A stretch of 40,498 nucleotides of DNA from Hadesarchaea archaeon. GTDB taxonomy: Archaea > Hadarchaeota > Hadarchaeia > Hadarchaeales > Hadarchaeaceae. The translations under genes were made by a program, and so were the position numbers. Positions within the stretch are counted from its first letter, which is position 1. Each line of letters opens with the position of its first letter. The stretch is from positions 1-40,498 of the forward strand of contig JAUWXQ010000001.1 in assembly GCA_030616305.1 (NCBI GenBank), given 5' to 3'. Under the pieces are notes generated by a model that saw only the letters and a program-made list of their open reading frames with translations, was not told the origin of the DNA and ran no database searches. Shown in pieces: positions 1 through 8,214 of this stretch.

Positions 1-238
1 GGTCCATCGAATCAAAGTTAGTTTTCTCTTTATTAATAATGGGTAGCCAAAAAAGGATGAAAGATTCCCTCCACACAATCTCCCAGCAAAACAAAGTCCA
101 TGCCAAACGGAGGCAGAATTGGGCTTATTTTAGTTAATGGAGGCACGTACGGGCTTATTTACTGTTCACATGTGGGGAAACGTCAAAAAACTTAAAATTT
201 AACTTTTTTCGGGCTTAAAACCGTGGGCGCAATTACTA

Positions 239-3200
239 CTAATCCCCCACGTACTTGTAAACTGTACTTGGCTTGCCACGTCCAGCCGCAGGTTGTTTGA
301 CCTCCCCTGTGGGTTGTACAAGTCCTTTTTTAATTAATTTCTGAACGGTGTACCATGCGACGGTCTTCGAAGCGCCAGTTTCGCGCATGAGCTCTGGGAT
401 GGTGAACTCCTTATGGCCCCTGATTTCTCTGAAAATATCCGCGTCTTGAATGCTCATGCTGGAGAGCCCATGCTTGATCAGTTCTGATGTCGCATCCCCC
501 CGAGCTCGTCTAAGGCCAACCCAAGCCGCAGATATGGCCACCATCAACGCCACGCCCACGACGGCCAACACCGCGAGTGGTATTCCTTCGGCGGGCGTTG
601 CTTCCCCTTGCGGGGCTGCTGCCAGCTCCGCCATCACCGCGTACTCGCTCAGATGGTTAATCTGCACGGAGACGGTTTTCGCCACTTTGTCTACATTCCC
701 GCCAACGCGCTCCCAGTTCTCCGAGCTAGTACGACGGTATATTGCCAGATTATCCTCGCTTACTCCCTCTGGGAGCTCGTTTTCGTTGTATGGCAGAGTG
801 AGCATGGATGGGGTAGTGAAATTGGTGCCACTCGGCCCGATGTCGAAGATATGGCTCACCATGTTGTAACCAGGGAGGTTCTCGGGGGGTGCCTGGACGA
901 CAGTAACGGTCTTGTTTTCAGGAAGGGCATTCGGAGGCACTACCAGCACGTTAATAGTGACGTTGATTTCGATGATGTTTATGACAACAGTGCCGCCGGT
1001 CGAAGCAGGGATATTTTGGCTGACTTGGGCAGCTGGTACCCCAGAGGATGTTGCGCTGCTCGATCCGTATTGGGCATCGCCGACGAAGGATGCAATGATT
1101 GTCACCCGAGGGGTCGCGGCGGTGACGGTCGGGGCCGTGTACGTGACCGTGACCTGCCCCAACGCGTTAGTCGTCCCGCTCGATGGGCTGACGCTCCCCA
1201 AGGTCGCTGACCAAGTTATGGTCTTCCCCGCGAGTGGGTTGTTGCTGCCGTCTCTCAGCGTGGCGACTAGGGACTGAACTTGACCGGAATAGCCTGGATA
1301 AAGGGCAAATGTTTGAGGGGAAATCGACATGGTTGTTTCTCCTATGGTTATGGGTTCAATCGTTCCCGACGAGTTCCCGCTGCTAGACTGGTAGCTGGTG
1401 TTGCCAGCGAACGATGCGATTACTATTGCAGAGGCCTGGGTGGTAACCGTGGGTGCGGTGTAAGTGATCGAGGCCTTCCCTTCGGAATCCGTTGTGCTGC
1501 TTCCGAGGTGCACCGGCAGAGTCCAGTCATTATCAGACCCAGAAACCGCACTCCAGCTGATGGTCTTGCCGGCAAGAATATCGGGTGTAGCATTCTCTGC
1601 GGCCCACGTTGCGGTAAGGGTTGTGGACCCTCCGCTTTGAAGGGTGAAACTCGGGGGGGAGATCGAGAGACTCGTGGGGATCACCCCCGCTACAGTGATC
1701 GTGCCCGAAGAAGTCCCGCTGCTCTCTTGGTATTCATCGTCGCCTGCGAACGATGCCGTGATCGTCACCGAGGTCTGAGCGGTGACCGAAGGCGCGGTGT
1801 AGGTAACAGAGACTTGGCCGTAGGAATCAGTTGTGTCGCTCGAGGGGCTGACGCTTCCAGAGGTGGCGCTCCAGTTAATTAATTTATCTGCTAACCCCAC
1901 ATTCTCATCGTCGTAAAGGGTTGCGGTAAGGGTTGTGGACCCTCCGCTTTGAAGGGTGAAACTCGGGGGGGAGATCGAGAGACTCGTGGGGATCACCCCC
2001 GCTACAGTGATCGTGCCCGAAGAAGTCCCGCTACTCGACCCGTATTGACCGTCGCCAGCGAAGGATGCGGTTATCGTCACTGAGGTCTGAGCCGTGGCGG
2101 TCGGAGCGGTGTAGGTAACCGAGGCCTGTCCGCTCGGGTTAGTCGTGCCACTCGTGGCTGATAGACTACCAGCCGTTGCACTCCAAGTTATGCTTTTGCT
2201 AGGTACTGGATTGCCGTTCTCATCCTTCAGCGTGGCAGTCAGGGTTGTGGAATTGCCAGTCTGAAGGGTAAAGCTTGAGGGGGAAATTAAAAGCGAGGTA
2301 AATGTCGCAGCCCCCACCGGAGGCAGCTGAGTTGGTTGCGTAAATGGGTAGCGATCCCGATTATTACCGCCATGGATTAGGTAGGGGGTGTCTCCTATCC
2401 CGTCGCTACCGGGCAGGTCTTGGTTCTCCCCGTAAAATCTGTCCTCCCCGCCGTAATCGCCCCAGTAGTTGCCACCGGAAGGATAGCCGTTGTCCCAGTA
2501 ATTGGAGTTATCATCCCAAGCTTGGGATCCGTTGTTGCGGAGATTGTTATGGTAAATACGGTTGTTGTTCGAGTCGCTGAGATCTATCCCAATAACCCTA
2601 TTCGAACTCACTTCATTGTTCACAATAGTGTTGTTTGAAGAGTCAATGAGGCAGATTCCGCGATCGCTATTTGAACTCAAATTATTGTTTAAAATCGTGT
2701 TGTTTGGAGAATAGATGGAATAAATTCCATACTCGTTGTTCGATGAAGTATTGCCCTCAATAGTATTCATCGAAGAATGCGTGAGGTAGATTCCAAACCC
2801 GTTGTTCGGACCAACATTGTTATTTTTTACAGTAATGTTTGAAGATTCATCGAGGTCGATTCCAGTCGCTTTATTGTTAGATAAACCATTATTTTTTACA
2901 ATGCAATTTGAGGAAAAATAGAGTACAATCCCGCCGTGGTTATTGTTAAGAGTGCAGTACTCTACTCTTCCGTTCCAAACAGCGTTCAGGGTGATGCCAA
3001 CAGTAAAATAGGTTCTACCGTTTTCTACCAAGCAATTTCTGATGACAAAATAAGCACTCGTATGGCCTATCCAGATTCCGTGATCGCCTTCTGCACTGAT
3101 TACCCATCCCTCAATTATGTAAGGATCATTCGACGTCCCACTGCCGCTCACGACACCGTTTGCGCGTGTAAAGTCGCCATCGCTCCCGATGTATATGGGG

Positions 3201-3397
3201 GTGTGCGGGGTCAAAGCTGCCGCTCCGCCTGCCGACAGGCCCCCCAGCGGCTGCCCGGGGGACGCGGACATCACGGGGGTTGGAGCAAATATCAGCAAGC
3301 TGGAGAGGGCAACCATGGGCGATACGATTAGCATAAGAACTAGTGTCAGGGAACAGGCACGCTTGCTTCTTGAAGGAGATTTTGGCCCATGTCTCAT
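239..3397 (-). CDS. Large type I surface protein: signal peptide, right-handed parallel beta-helix (PbH1/NosD-like) repeats, about five Ig-like (Big-type) repeats, single TM helix, cytoplasmic C-terminal winged-helix domain
   Basis: 1052-aa ORF. N-terminal hydrophobic region LTLVLMLIVSPMVALSSLLIF. Asn-rich ~22-aa units (NNTIxNNxxSxNxxxGIxL) typical of a parallel beta-helix. Repeats of the form TLTATLxDxxGNPxxxKxITWSAT...VTYTAPT. TM segment IPLAVLAVVGVALMVAISAAWVGL followed by RRARGD. Tail FTIPELMRETGASKTVAWYTVQKLIKKGLV...GRGKPSTVYKYV looks like a wHTH. Confidence 0.8.
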   Translation of the reverse strand: MRHGPKSPSRSKRACSLTLVLMLIVSPMVALSSLLIFAPTPVMSASPGQPLGGLSAGGAAALTPHTPIYIGSDGDFTRANGVVSGSGTSNDPYIIEGWVISAEGDHGIWIGHTSAYFVIRNCLVENGRTYFTVGITLNAVWNGRVEYCTLNNNHGGIVLYFSSNCIVKNNGLSNNKATGIDLDESSNITVKNNNVGPNNGFGIYLTHSSMNTIEGNTSSNNEYGIYSIYSPNNTILNNNLSSNSDRGICLIDSSNNTIVNNEVSSNRVIGIDLSDSNNNRIYHNNLRNNGSQAWDDNSNYWDNGYPSGGNYWGDYGGEDRFYGENQDLPGSDGIGDTPYLIHGGNNRDRYPFTQPTQLPPVGAATFTSLLISPSSFTLQTGNSTTLTATLKDENGNPVPSKSITWSATAGSLSATSGTTNPSGQASVTYTAPTATAQTSVTITASFAGDGQYGSSSGTSSGTITVAGVIPTSLSISPPSFTLQSGGSTTLTATLYDDENVGLADKLINWSATSGSVSPSSDTTDSYGQVSVTYTAPSVTAQTSVTITASFAGDDEYQESSGTSSGTITVAGVIPTSLSISPPSFTLQSGGSTTLTATWAAENATPDILAGKTISWSAVSGSDNDWTLPVHLGSSTTDSEGKASITYTAPTVTTQASAIVIASFAGNTSYQSSSGNSSGTIEPITIGETTMSISPQTFALYPGYSGQVQSLVATLRDGSNNPLAGKTITWSATLGSVSPSSGTTNALGQVTVTYTAPTVTAATPRVTIIASFVGDAQYGSSSATSSGVPAAQVSQNIPASTGGTVVINIIEINVTINVLVVPPNALPENKTVTVVQAPPENLPGYNMVSHIFDIGPSGTNFTTPSMLTLPYNENELPEGVSEDNLAIYRRTSSENWERVGGNVDKVAKTVSVQINHLSEYAVMAELAAAPQGEATPAEGIPLAVLAVVGVALMVAISAAWVGLRRARGDATSELIKHGLSSMSIQDADIFREIRGHKEFTIPELMRETGASKTVAWYTVQKLIKKGLVQPTGEVKQPAAGRGKPSTVYKYVGD
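1609..2032. repeat. Two perfect 112-bp direct repeat copies (1609-1720 and 1921-2032), 312 bp apart, inside the Ig-repeat coding region
   Basis: Both copies read ttgcggtaagggttgtggaccctccgctttgaagggtgaaactcggggggg...gaagaagtcccgct. They encode the duplicated peptide GVIPTSLSISPPSFTLQSGGSTTLTAT. The flanking parts of each repeat unit are diverged. Confidence 0.9.
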
Positions 3398-3614
3398 CTT
3401 ATTCCCTCTCCGGCCCTCAAGCTAAGGAGCTCAAGATTTGGGGGCAGTGCTGGCTTTCACCTAGGAAACCTTCGGGCACTGATCCTATCATCTGCTTGAC
3501 CGCTTCGAGCCTTGCCATAATTTTTGGCCTCATTTCGCCCACCTCCAACAATTTTTCTTTCAGGGGCGCTGTTTCCATCTTCTCAGTTAAACTTATGTTG
3601 AGCGCCCCTTTTAA

Positions 3615-3760
3615 ATTTTGATTAAATTTAAACTTATTCCTTGCGGGCGATGACCAAGCTTGAAATTTAAACTTAACATTCGAATTTTTTAAAATGCTTA
3701 AAACTATTCCGTATTTCGATTAGGTGACTTATCTAGATTTTGATTAAAATTAATCTTATT
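3615..3760. promoter_or_regulatory. AT-rich upstream region of the surface-protein gene with a 24-bp direct repeat (3615-3638 and 3737-3760, 22/24 identical) and extra TTAAACTTA copies
   Basis: attttgattaaatttaaacttatt versus attttgattaaaattaatcttatt. aaatttaaactta recurs at 3663-3675 and ttaaactta at 3587-3595. Several TTTAAA TATA-like elements are present. Confidence 0.4.
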
Positions 3761-3764
3761 ACTT

Positions 3765-4676
3765 TCAAATCCACGGACCCAAAAATTGCCGTATGACGTG
3801 GCGGTAGCTTTTCCTCTCTTCTCTTTTGAGTTTGTATCCGTAGGTGAGGCCGACGACGATCCCTGTTAAGTGGGCAATGTTGGCAATGGAGCCTCCAGGA
3901 GCGAAGAACGCTAGGATTACCGATATGGCCCCGAAACCTACGGTGACCATCCAGAGGGGCATGGGGATGAAGAAAAACAGGAGGACGGGCAGCCGGGGAG
4001 CAAGGATGGTTAATGTTCCGAGAACTCCGAGAATGGCGCCGCTCGCCCCTAGGATCACGATGTCAGAGGGAATGAAGAGGAGCTGGACGGCCGTCGCCAA
4101 GATTCCGGCCCCCAAAAAGAGGTATAGGAACCTTCTCCTGCCTATCCTCATCTCAAGTGCCGGGCCGAAGAAGAAAAGGACCATCCCATTCACGAGCAAG
4201 TGCAGGAACCCCGCGTGGAGGAAGATCGATGTCAGGAGTGTCCAGGGTCTGGCGAGGACTGTTGCTTGGGAGGGCGTCAGGTAGTAAAGGAAAGTGCCGT
4301 GATCTCCAAGACGGTAGTACGCCGGCCCTAGCGCCACTTGGGCTATCAGTTGTACGATGAACGCAATGAAGATGACCAACAGGATGACCATACTCGCTTG
4401 GCGAAAGACGAAATCTCTCCAGAAGCTTGGCCGTTTCCTGGAAGAAGTGGGAGGCCTAATTTCGTATCGTATCTCCATAGGTGGAGGGGTCCATTCTGCC
4501 CTGCGTTCCGGAATTACATCTCGGGAGATTCGCTCTCGCTCAGGCGGCTTGACTTTTTTGAACTCCTTGCAGGAGTGATTTTCGGGGAGCCTGTGGGTGG
4601 GGCAAAAAGTTCCCCCACAGTACCTGCACTTAAAGGGCAGAGTAACTTCCTTACCGCAGACATCACAATTCGCCAT
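3765..4676 (-). CDS. Rhomboid-family intramembrane serine protease with an N-terminal AN1-type zinc finger
   Basis: Exact AN1 spacing C-x2-C-x9-C-x2-C-x4-C-x2-H-x5-H-x-C in CDVCGKEVTLPFKCRYCGGTFCPTHRLPENHSC. Rhomboid motifs FLHAGFLHLLVNG, GASGAILG (GxSG) and AHLTGIVVG. Start set at the ATG at 4676, preceded by GGTGA; the longer ORF reaches 4706. Confidence 0.85.
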   Translation of the reverse strand: MANCDVCGKEVTLPFKCRYCGGTFCPTHRLPENHSCKEFKKVKPPERERISRDVIPERRAEWTPPPMEIRYEIRPPTSSRKRPSFWRDFVFRQASMVILLVIFIAFIVQLIAQVALGPAYYRLGDHGTFLYYLTPSQATVLARPWTLLTSIFLHAGFLHLLVNGMVLFFFGPALEMRIGRRRFLYLFLGAGILATAVQLLFIPSDIVILGASGAILGVLGTLTILAPRLPVLLFFFIPMPLWMVTVGFGAISVILAFFAPGGSIANIAHLTGIVVGLTYGYKLKREERKSYRHVIRQFLGPWI

Positions 4677-4721
4677 TTTTTCACCCCGGTGGCCGATAAA
4701 TTCCAATTTGGTGGGCAGAAA

Positions 4722-5219
4722 TCAAAGTTTCTGCAGAGAGTTTTCAAAGTCCTTTACCCTGGGAGGCTTTCCCGGCGTGACGGTGTGTCCTTCCTTTCTC
4801 AAACGTGAGGCTTGTGACTTCACGCCACCCGGAAATTTTTCGTTCAGCCTACCCCCTACTTTGAGCACCCGCCAGTAGGGAGTTATCTGTTTCTTCCCAC
4901 TCTTTCGGTCCTCTTCTGCTGCTTCGGCCGAGATTCGAAGGAAAATTCCAGTCGTCATCGGGCAAGTAGAATCTGCATGAAAATCTTTTGCCAGTCGTTC
5001 CATGAGTTGGGTCACCACGACAAGTTTTCCTTTTTTGACTTTTCGGACTAATGCGTCAACAAGAAGAGGTGTTGCAACAAGCATCGTCTCAGACCCGAAT
5101 CTTTTTCTCATTTTCGGTGGGACCTTGACGACTTTGGGGTCTTGCTTTTTTTCCAGTTTCTCCCGCCAAGTTGTGCGCGATTTCCAAGTTATGCGCTTTT
5201 TCAAATAGCTTCCTCTCAC
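4722..5219 (-). CDS. MGMT/ATL-like (alkyltransferase-like DNA-binding domain) protein with a Lys-rich N-terminal extension
   Basis: 165-aa ORF with a GTG start overlapping the upstream stop (GTGA). TPYWRVLKVGGRLN...LRKEGHTV resembles the PWHRVV...G segment of MGMT-family (COG3695-type) proteins. No PCHR catalytic Cys. Confidence 0.45.
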   Translation of the reverse strand: MRGSYLKKRITWKSRTTWREKLEKKQDPKVVKVPPKMRKRFGSETMLVATPLLVDALVRKVKKGKLVVVTQLMERLAKDFHADSTCPMTTGIFLRISAEAAEEDRKSGKKQITPYWRVLKVGGRLNEKFPGGVKSQASRLRKEGHTVTPGKPPRVKDFENSLQKL

Positions 5220-6016
5220 TTCTTGCCACTTTTGACTTCATCGAACAATGCTTGTGCCTCCTTCGGAGTGGCGTTTTCGTGGATAATCGCGCGAATCGCT
5301 TTGGCCATCGCGACCGGGTGACTGTGTTGCCAGATATTGCGCCCTAGGTTCACGCCTATTGCGCCTTTCTGGATCCCATCGTGAATAAACTTGAATACCT
5401 CGAGCTCGGTCTCTACTTTGGGCCCGCCCGCCATGACCACTGGCACGGGACAGCCCCGAACGACTTTCTCGAAGCCTTCCTCGCAGTAGTACGTTTTTAC
5501 CACCCGCGCCCCCAGCTCTGCTGCTATCCTGCAGGCCAGGGCGAGATATCGGGCATCTCGCTTGCCCAGCTCCGTCCCCACGGCCGTGACCGCCATGGTC
5601 GGAATCCCGTACTCCTCGCACTCGTTGACGAGGTTCGAGAGGTTCAATAAGGTCTCGTGCTCGCGCTCGCTCCCCACAAAAATTGACATGGATACTGCGC
5701 TAGCATTCAGCCTTATCGCCTCCCTGACCGAGGTGGTGATCCCCTCGTGAGCAAGCTCCTCCTTTCTGGCCATGCTCGTGCCGCCAGATACCCGGAGTAT
5801 TACCGGTTTCGTGTTGTTTGGATCGACGCAGGAGCGGAGTATCCCTCGCGTCAGCATGATGGCGTCCACGTAGGGCAAGATGGGTTCGATGGTCTTGCCA
5901 GGCTCCTCCAGTTTGGTCGTGGGGCCCTGGAAGTACCCGTGGTCTATGGGCAGGAACATCGCCCTGCCGTCACTTTGAATCAGCTTTGCGAGTCTGTTTT
6001 TCATTCCCCATTCCAT
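5216..6016 (-). CDS. DhnA-type class I aldolase family protein (LsrF/FbaB-like)
   Basis: Motifs IDHGYFQGPTT, TRGILRS, VVKTYY, GCPVPVVMAGGPK and GRNIWQHSHPVAM are collinear with my memory of LsrF / class I FbaB-type aldolases. Confidence 0.8.
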   Translation of the reverse strand: MEWGMKNRLAKLIQSDGRAMFLPIDHGYFQGPTTKLEEPGKTIEPILPYVDAIMLTRGILRSCVDPNNTKPVILRVSGGTSMARKEELAHEGITTSVREAIRLNASAVSMSIFVGSEREHETLLNLSNLVNECEEYGIPTMAVTAVGTELGKRDARYLALACRIAAELGARVVKTYYCEEGFEKVVRGCPVPVVMAGGPKVETELEVFKFIHDGIQKGAIGVNLGRNIWQHSHPVAMAKAIRAIIHENATPKEAQALFDEVKSGKK

Positions 6017-6029
6017 ACCAACACTCCCT

Positions 6030-6242
6030 TCACTTTTCAGGTCTCACTATTAAATATCCTTTGTCGATCAGCCAGTAGTGGAACTCACGCGTGGTGTGTT
6101 TGCAATCGGTTTTGCATATTTGTCTCACCTTTTCGTACTCCTCAGAGCTAGGTTCTTTGGTGTTCAGCTCCAGTTGCACCGGGCACTTCACGTCCTTGCA
6201 GTACTCGCGTTTTTGGTACTCCACATAACCCTCAATCGGCAT
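6030..6242 (-). CDS. Small Cys-containing hypothetical protein
   Basis: 70-aa ORF immediately upstream of the aldolase on the same strand, with CKDVKC...CKTDC. No family recognised. Confidence 0.45.
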   Translation of the reverse strand: MPIEGYVEYQKREYCKDVKCPVQLELNTKEPSSEEYEKVRQICKTDCKHTTREFHYWLIDKGYLIVRPEK

Positions 6243-6321
6243 CGGTTCACCTCGGCCTCATACTTCGCACGGCTCTTTTTAAGCTTCAGCTATCTTTATT
6301 TTAAACCTTGAAGATAACTGG

Positions 6322-6432
6322 ATGATGGTGGGCAAAATGAGGGAGGAAACTAGAAAGATTTTGGTGCTGTTAGTTATCCTTCTTTTCATCCTTTCCGTGG
6401 CGATTCCGGCCCTCCTCGTATTGCTGCGGTAG
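6322..6432 (+). CDS. Possible 36-aa single-TM micropeptide (not in the ORF track)
   Basis: Hand translation gives MMVGKMREETRKILVLLVILLFILSVAIPALLVLLR, ending at the TAG at 6430-6432. The charged N-terminus plus hydrophobic helix is the only support. Confidence 0.2.
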   Translation: MMVGKMREETRKILVLLVILLFILSVAIPALLVLLR

Positions 6433-6435
6433 AAG

Positions 6436-6446
6436 CTTATTTTATC
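6436..6446 (+). promoter_or_regulatory. Putative archaeal TATA box for the tRNA gene
   Basis: cttattttatc is centred about 28 nt upstream of tRNA position 1 (6469). Confidence 0.4.
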
Positions 6447-6468
6447 TGGAAATAGAAAACTGAATTGT

Positions 6469-6546
6469 GCGGCCGTGGTCCAGCCTGGTTTAGGACTCAG
6501 GCCCTCCAAGCCTGTAGCGCGGGTTCAAATCCCGCCGGCCGCACCA
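6469..6546 (+). tRNA. tRNA-Gly (anticodon UCC) with genomically encoded CCA
   Basis: Hand-folded cloverleaf. Acceptor GCGGCCG/CGGCCGC. D-stem GTCC/GGAC. Anticodon stem CAGGC/GCCTG with loop CCTCCAA. T-arm GCGGG-TTCAAAT-CCCGC. Discriminator A, then CCA. G1-C72, C2-G71 and G3-C70 fit Gly identity. Confidence 0.85.
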
Positions 6547-6640
6547 AAATTTTGAAATCTGTACTGAGGGGACTTGTTCGGCAAAAGTCTTTAATAAACT
6601 CCAGTCTTCTTTTTCATTGGAGGATGACGTGTCAAGAGAC

Positions 6641-7228
6641 ATGATGAAAGTTGGCGGTATAGGCGCGATCATCTGCATGTTGGCAGCCATAGAAGGGATG
6701 GTGGCAATAATCATGCTTTGGGTCTCGCCAATAGACTATTTCTTCGCTGGAGCGCATATGGATTTCGGAGGCGGCATAGCTTGGGCGGTGGGTCTCGCGC
6801 TCATTTCTATTGGTGCGTTTGGTCTTTGGAAGCAGTACAAACATAAATTCTCACTTGTGATCGGTATAATGGGCATAGTAACAATGGCGCTTGGTTTGGT
6901 CGCAAGTATAATACTTTGGCTCGACGGTATGGCCATCACTTCTATAAGTGCGACGTTTGACTGGGGTTTCCCACTTCTAGACTTGATTGGCATAATAGGT
7001 ATCGTGTGGCTCGTGATTACTGGTGTGCTTTTTATTTTGCTAGGAGTCGCTTTGCTCCAACTAAAGGAAAGAACTGGTGTTAGGAGCGCAACGATGTTCA
7101 CAGGAGTTCTGACGCTAATCACAGGTGCCACGTATTGCGCAATAATTCCTTTTGGGTATCTGGCCCCTCAAGTACTGATGTTGATAACTATGATACTCTT
7201 GGCGTACGTGCTTTTCAAGGCGAAATGA
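6641..7228 (+). CDS. Polytopic membrane protein (paralogue of 7312-8106)
   Basis: Roughly six hydrophobic helices. Shares GVLFILLGVALLQLKERTG and FTGVLTLITGATYCAIIPF with the next gene. Start uncertain: TTG 6617, GTG 6629 after GGAGGA, or ATG 6641. Confidence 0.65.
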   Translation: MMKVGGIGAIICMLAAIEGMVAIIMLWVSPIDYFFAGAHMDFGGGIAWAVGLALISIGAFGLWKQYKHKFSLVIGIMGIVTMALGLVASIILWLDGMAITSISATFDWGFPLLDLIGIIGIVWLVITGVLFILLGVALLQLKERTGVRSATMFTGVLTLITGATYCAIIPFGYLAPQVLMLITMILLAYVLFKAK

Positions 7229-7311
7229 TTATCATTGGAAGAAACTAAGTCAGAACAACTTTCAGCATAAGGTTTTAATAACCCTCATCCTCCTTTTTTA
7301 TTGGGGATGAA

Positions 7312-8106
7312 TTGGCGGTAAGTAAAGCCGGTGCTGCTGGCTGTATACTTTTGATGCCCGCGCTTTTTATCACTCTTATCGCGGCTATCCTCACGTGGGT
7401 CGATCCCACAGTTCTCATTCTAAACCCCCTATGGTATGTGATAATTTTGATGATAGGGAGCATTATTCTTGACTTCGGTGTTCTGCTCATTGCCGTTGGT
7501 GCTATGAAACTTGGGAAAATTTACAAAGACGCGCTCTCGAAAGGGGCCGGTATACTTGGGTTGATAGCAGCGATGATTGGGCTAGTAGCGACGATACTCG
7601 TGCTGGTGGGAGCATTTGTCCCGGCTCTCACAGGAATCGCAGGCATACTGAATCTCGTGACGTTTATCATGTTCGGGGTGTTCTTTCTCCTACTCGGGAT
7701 TGCCTTCGTCATCTTGAGGGCTAAAACTGGTAAGACTGGGTTGGCGATGGCCACGGGCATCATGACCATAATCGCAGGCTCCATGTTTTGTTCGTTCGTT
7801 CTTAGCTTCATCGGTATCATAATACTCATCCCCGTAGCGATACTTGCAGCCATGCTTTTCCTAAAGGCAAAAGGAGGCGCACCGGAAGTTGGGGAAGTTA
7901 AGAAACTGGTAGTCCGTCCCGCAGTGGTGAAAGTGAAAAAGCGCATGAAACCGGAGGAAATAGAGGCAGAAGTCCACAAGTACGTCAAGGAACATCCAGA
8001 GGGAATCGATCTCGCGGAGTGCGCAAAGGGATTAGGAGTTTCTGAGGACGAGGTGGAGACGGCAGTTAACGCACTTGTGAAGAAGGGCAAGTTGGAGACG
8101 GGATAA
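7312..8106 (+). CDS. Polytopic membrane protein with a cytoplasmic Lys-rich linker and a C-terminal wHTH-like domain
   Basis: Paralogous to 6641-7228 (GVFFLLLGIAFVILRAKTGKTG, ATGIMTIIAGSMFCSFVLSF). C-terminus reads KKLVVRPAVVKVKK...EIEAEVHKYVKEHPEGIDLAECAKGLGVSEDEVETAVNALVKKGKLE. TTG start supported by alignment to the paralogue. Confidence 0.65.
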   Translation: MAVSKAGAAGCILLMPALFITLIAAILTWVDPTVLILNPLWYVIILMIGSIILDFGVLLIAVGAMKLGKIYKDALSKGAGILGLIAAMIGLVATILVLVGAFVPALTGIAGILNLVTFIMFGVFFLLLGIAFVILRAKTGKTGLAMATGIMTIIAGSMFCSFVLSFIGIIILIPVAILAAMLFLKAKGGAPEVGEVKKLVVRPAVVKVKKRMKPEEIEAEVHKYVKEHPEGIDLAECAKGLGVSEDEVETAVNALVKKGKLETG

Positions 8107-8214
8107 AACAGGGCATAATGGGTTTTGACTAAGCTGGATATCCTCAATTTGATTTCAACACAAACAACTTGAAAACTGTGATTTTCTCTAGACTGATCTA
8201 AAATTAGTTCCTTG

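Noticed and set aside
450-3425. Many + strand ORFs (450-869, 608-1210, 912-1277, 1280-1882, 2344-2580, 2936-3331 and others) opposite the 1052-aa gene
   Set aside because: These are shadow ORFs inside a strongly supported minus-strand gene. Their translations are low-complexity (Arg/Gly/Cys-rich) with no motifs.
3562-3609. 9-bp perfect inverted repeat aggggcgct ... agcgcccct, which could be a terminator hairpin
   Set aside because: The loop is 30 nt, and the T-run follows only on the + strand, where no convincing gene ends. It is kept only as a note within the upstream-region finding.
6503-6509. Alternative reading of the anticodon loop as U33 + CCA (tRNA-Trp)
   Set aside because: It needs an anticodon stem AGGCC/CCTGT with three mismatches. 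The acceptor-stem identity pairs fit Gly.
6490-6714. Minus-strand ORFs 6279-6509 and 6490-6714 overlapping the tRNA
   Set aside because: They read through the tRNA gene on the opposite strand. This is a typical tRNA-shadow artefact.
7521-8147. 208-aa minus-strand ORF opposite the membrane/wHTH gene
   Set aside because: It is antisense to a gene supported by paralogy, and its translation has a Ser/Thr/Ala-rich shadow character.
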